Origin: Deltaproteobacteria bacterium TL4
Lineage (GTDB): Bacteria > SAR324 > NAC60-12
Length of the DNA: 16,071 nucleotides
Direction of reading: 5' to 3'
Assembly (NCBI GenBank): GCA_051382335.1
Contig: JBBCAX010000055.1
Coordinates: forward strand, 1-16,071
Position numbers and translations under genes: made by a program. Positions within the stretch are counted from its first letter, which is position 1; the number at the start of each line of letters is the position of its first letter. The notes below the pieces were generated by a model that worked only from the letters and a program-made list of their open reading frames with translations, had not been told where the DNA came from and ran no database searches. Positions 15,921 to 16,071 of this stretch are shown one piece after another.

Positions 15921-16041
15921 GGCTATACATCGTTTCGCCAATGTCCCTTCGACTTCGCTCAGGGAACGCACTCGGAGGCTGAGCGGAGTCGAAGCCGGAT
16001 TTCAAAGATCGCTGCCTTTTGGCGAAACGATGACTATAGCC
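15921..16041. mobile_element. 121-bp MITE with 8-bp target-site duplication
   Basis: TIRs GGCTATA--CATCGTTTCGCCAA (15921-15941) / TTGGCGAAACGATGACTATAGCC (16019-16041), identical except a 2-bp indel; perfect flanking repeat ATCATTGA (15913-15920, 16042-16049). Confidence 0.88.
15947..15994. repeat. REP-like inverted doublet (CTTCGACTNCGCTCAG type)
   Basis: CTTCGACTTCGCTCAG (15947-15962) and CTGAGCGGAGTCGAAG (15979-15994), 15/16 complementary, 16-bp spacer. Confidence 0.75.
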
Positions 16042-16071
16042 ATCATTGAATATCTCATCGTGGTCATAAAA

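Noticed and set aside
15505..16049. CRISPR array or structured ncRNA/riboswitch
   Set aside because: Repeats are inverted and of different families, with no regularly spaced direct repeats and no cas genes. TIR+TSD structure explains the folding potential.

Overview
Bacterial (Gram-negative-type) accessory region, almost entirely encoded on the minus strand, with four parts. (1) 1-1850: a degraded SEC-C-motif gene and a decayed ISAzo13-family insertion sequence. (2) 1941-9127: a compact 7-gene operon, read right to left: saccharopine-dehydrogenase-family oxidoreductase, TPR protein, putative outer-membrane beta-barrel, LolD/MacB-type ATPase, two FtsX/LolCE-type permeases and a LolA-like periplasmic carrier. 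This looks like an uncharacterised trans-envelope transport system coupled to an enzyme. (3) 9253-15175: a six-gene surface-glycan cassette with three glycosyltransferase-like genes and three SAM methyltransferases. It is preceded by an unannotated, truncated TetR gene whose upstream palindrome shares a 10-bp core with the promoter region of operon (2). (4) 15505-16049: a nest of non-coding mobile repeats. A REP-like composite palindrome is interrupted by a 183-bp MITE (TIRs plus 10-bp TSD), followed by a second 121-bp MITE (TIRs plus perfect 8-bp TSD); each MITE carries a different REP-like doublet as its core. Family assignments come from motif recognition by eye, with no database searches.
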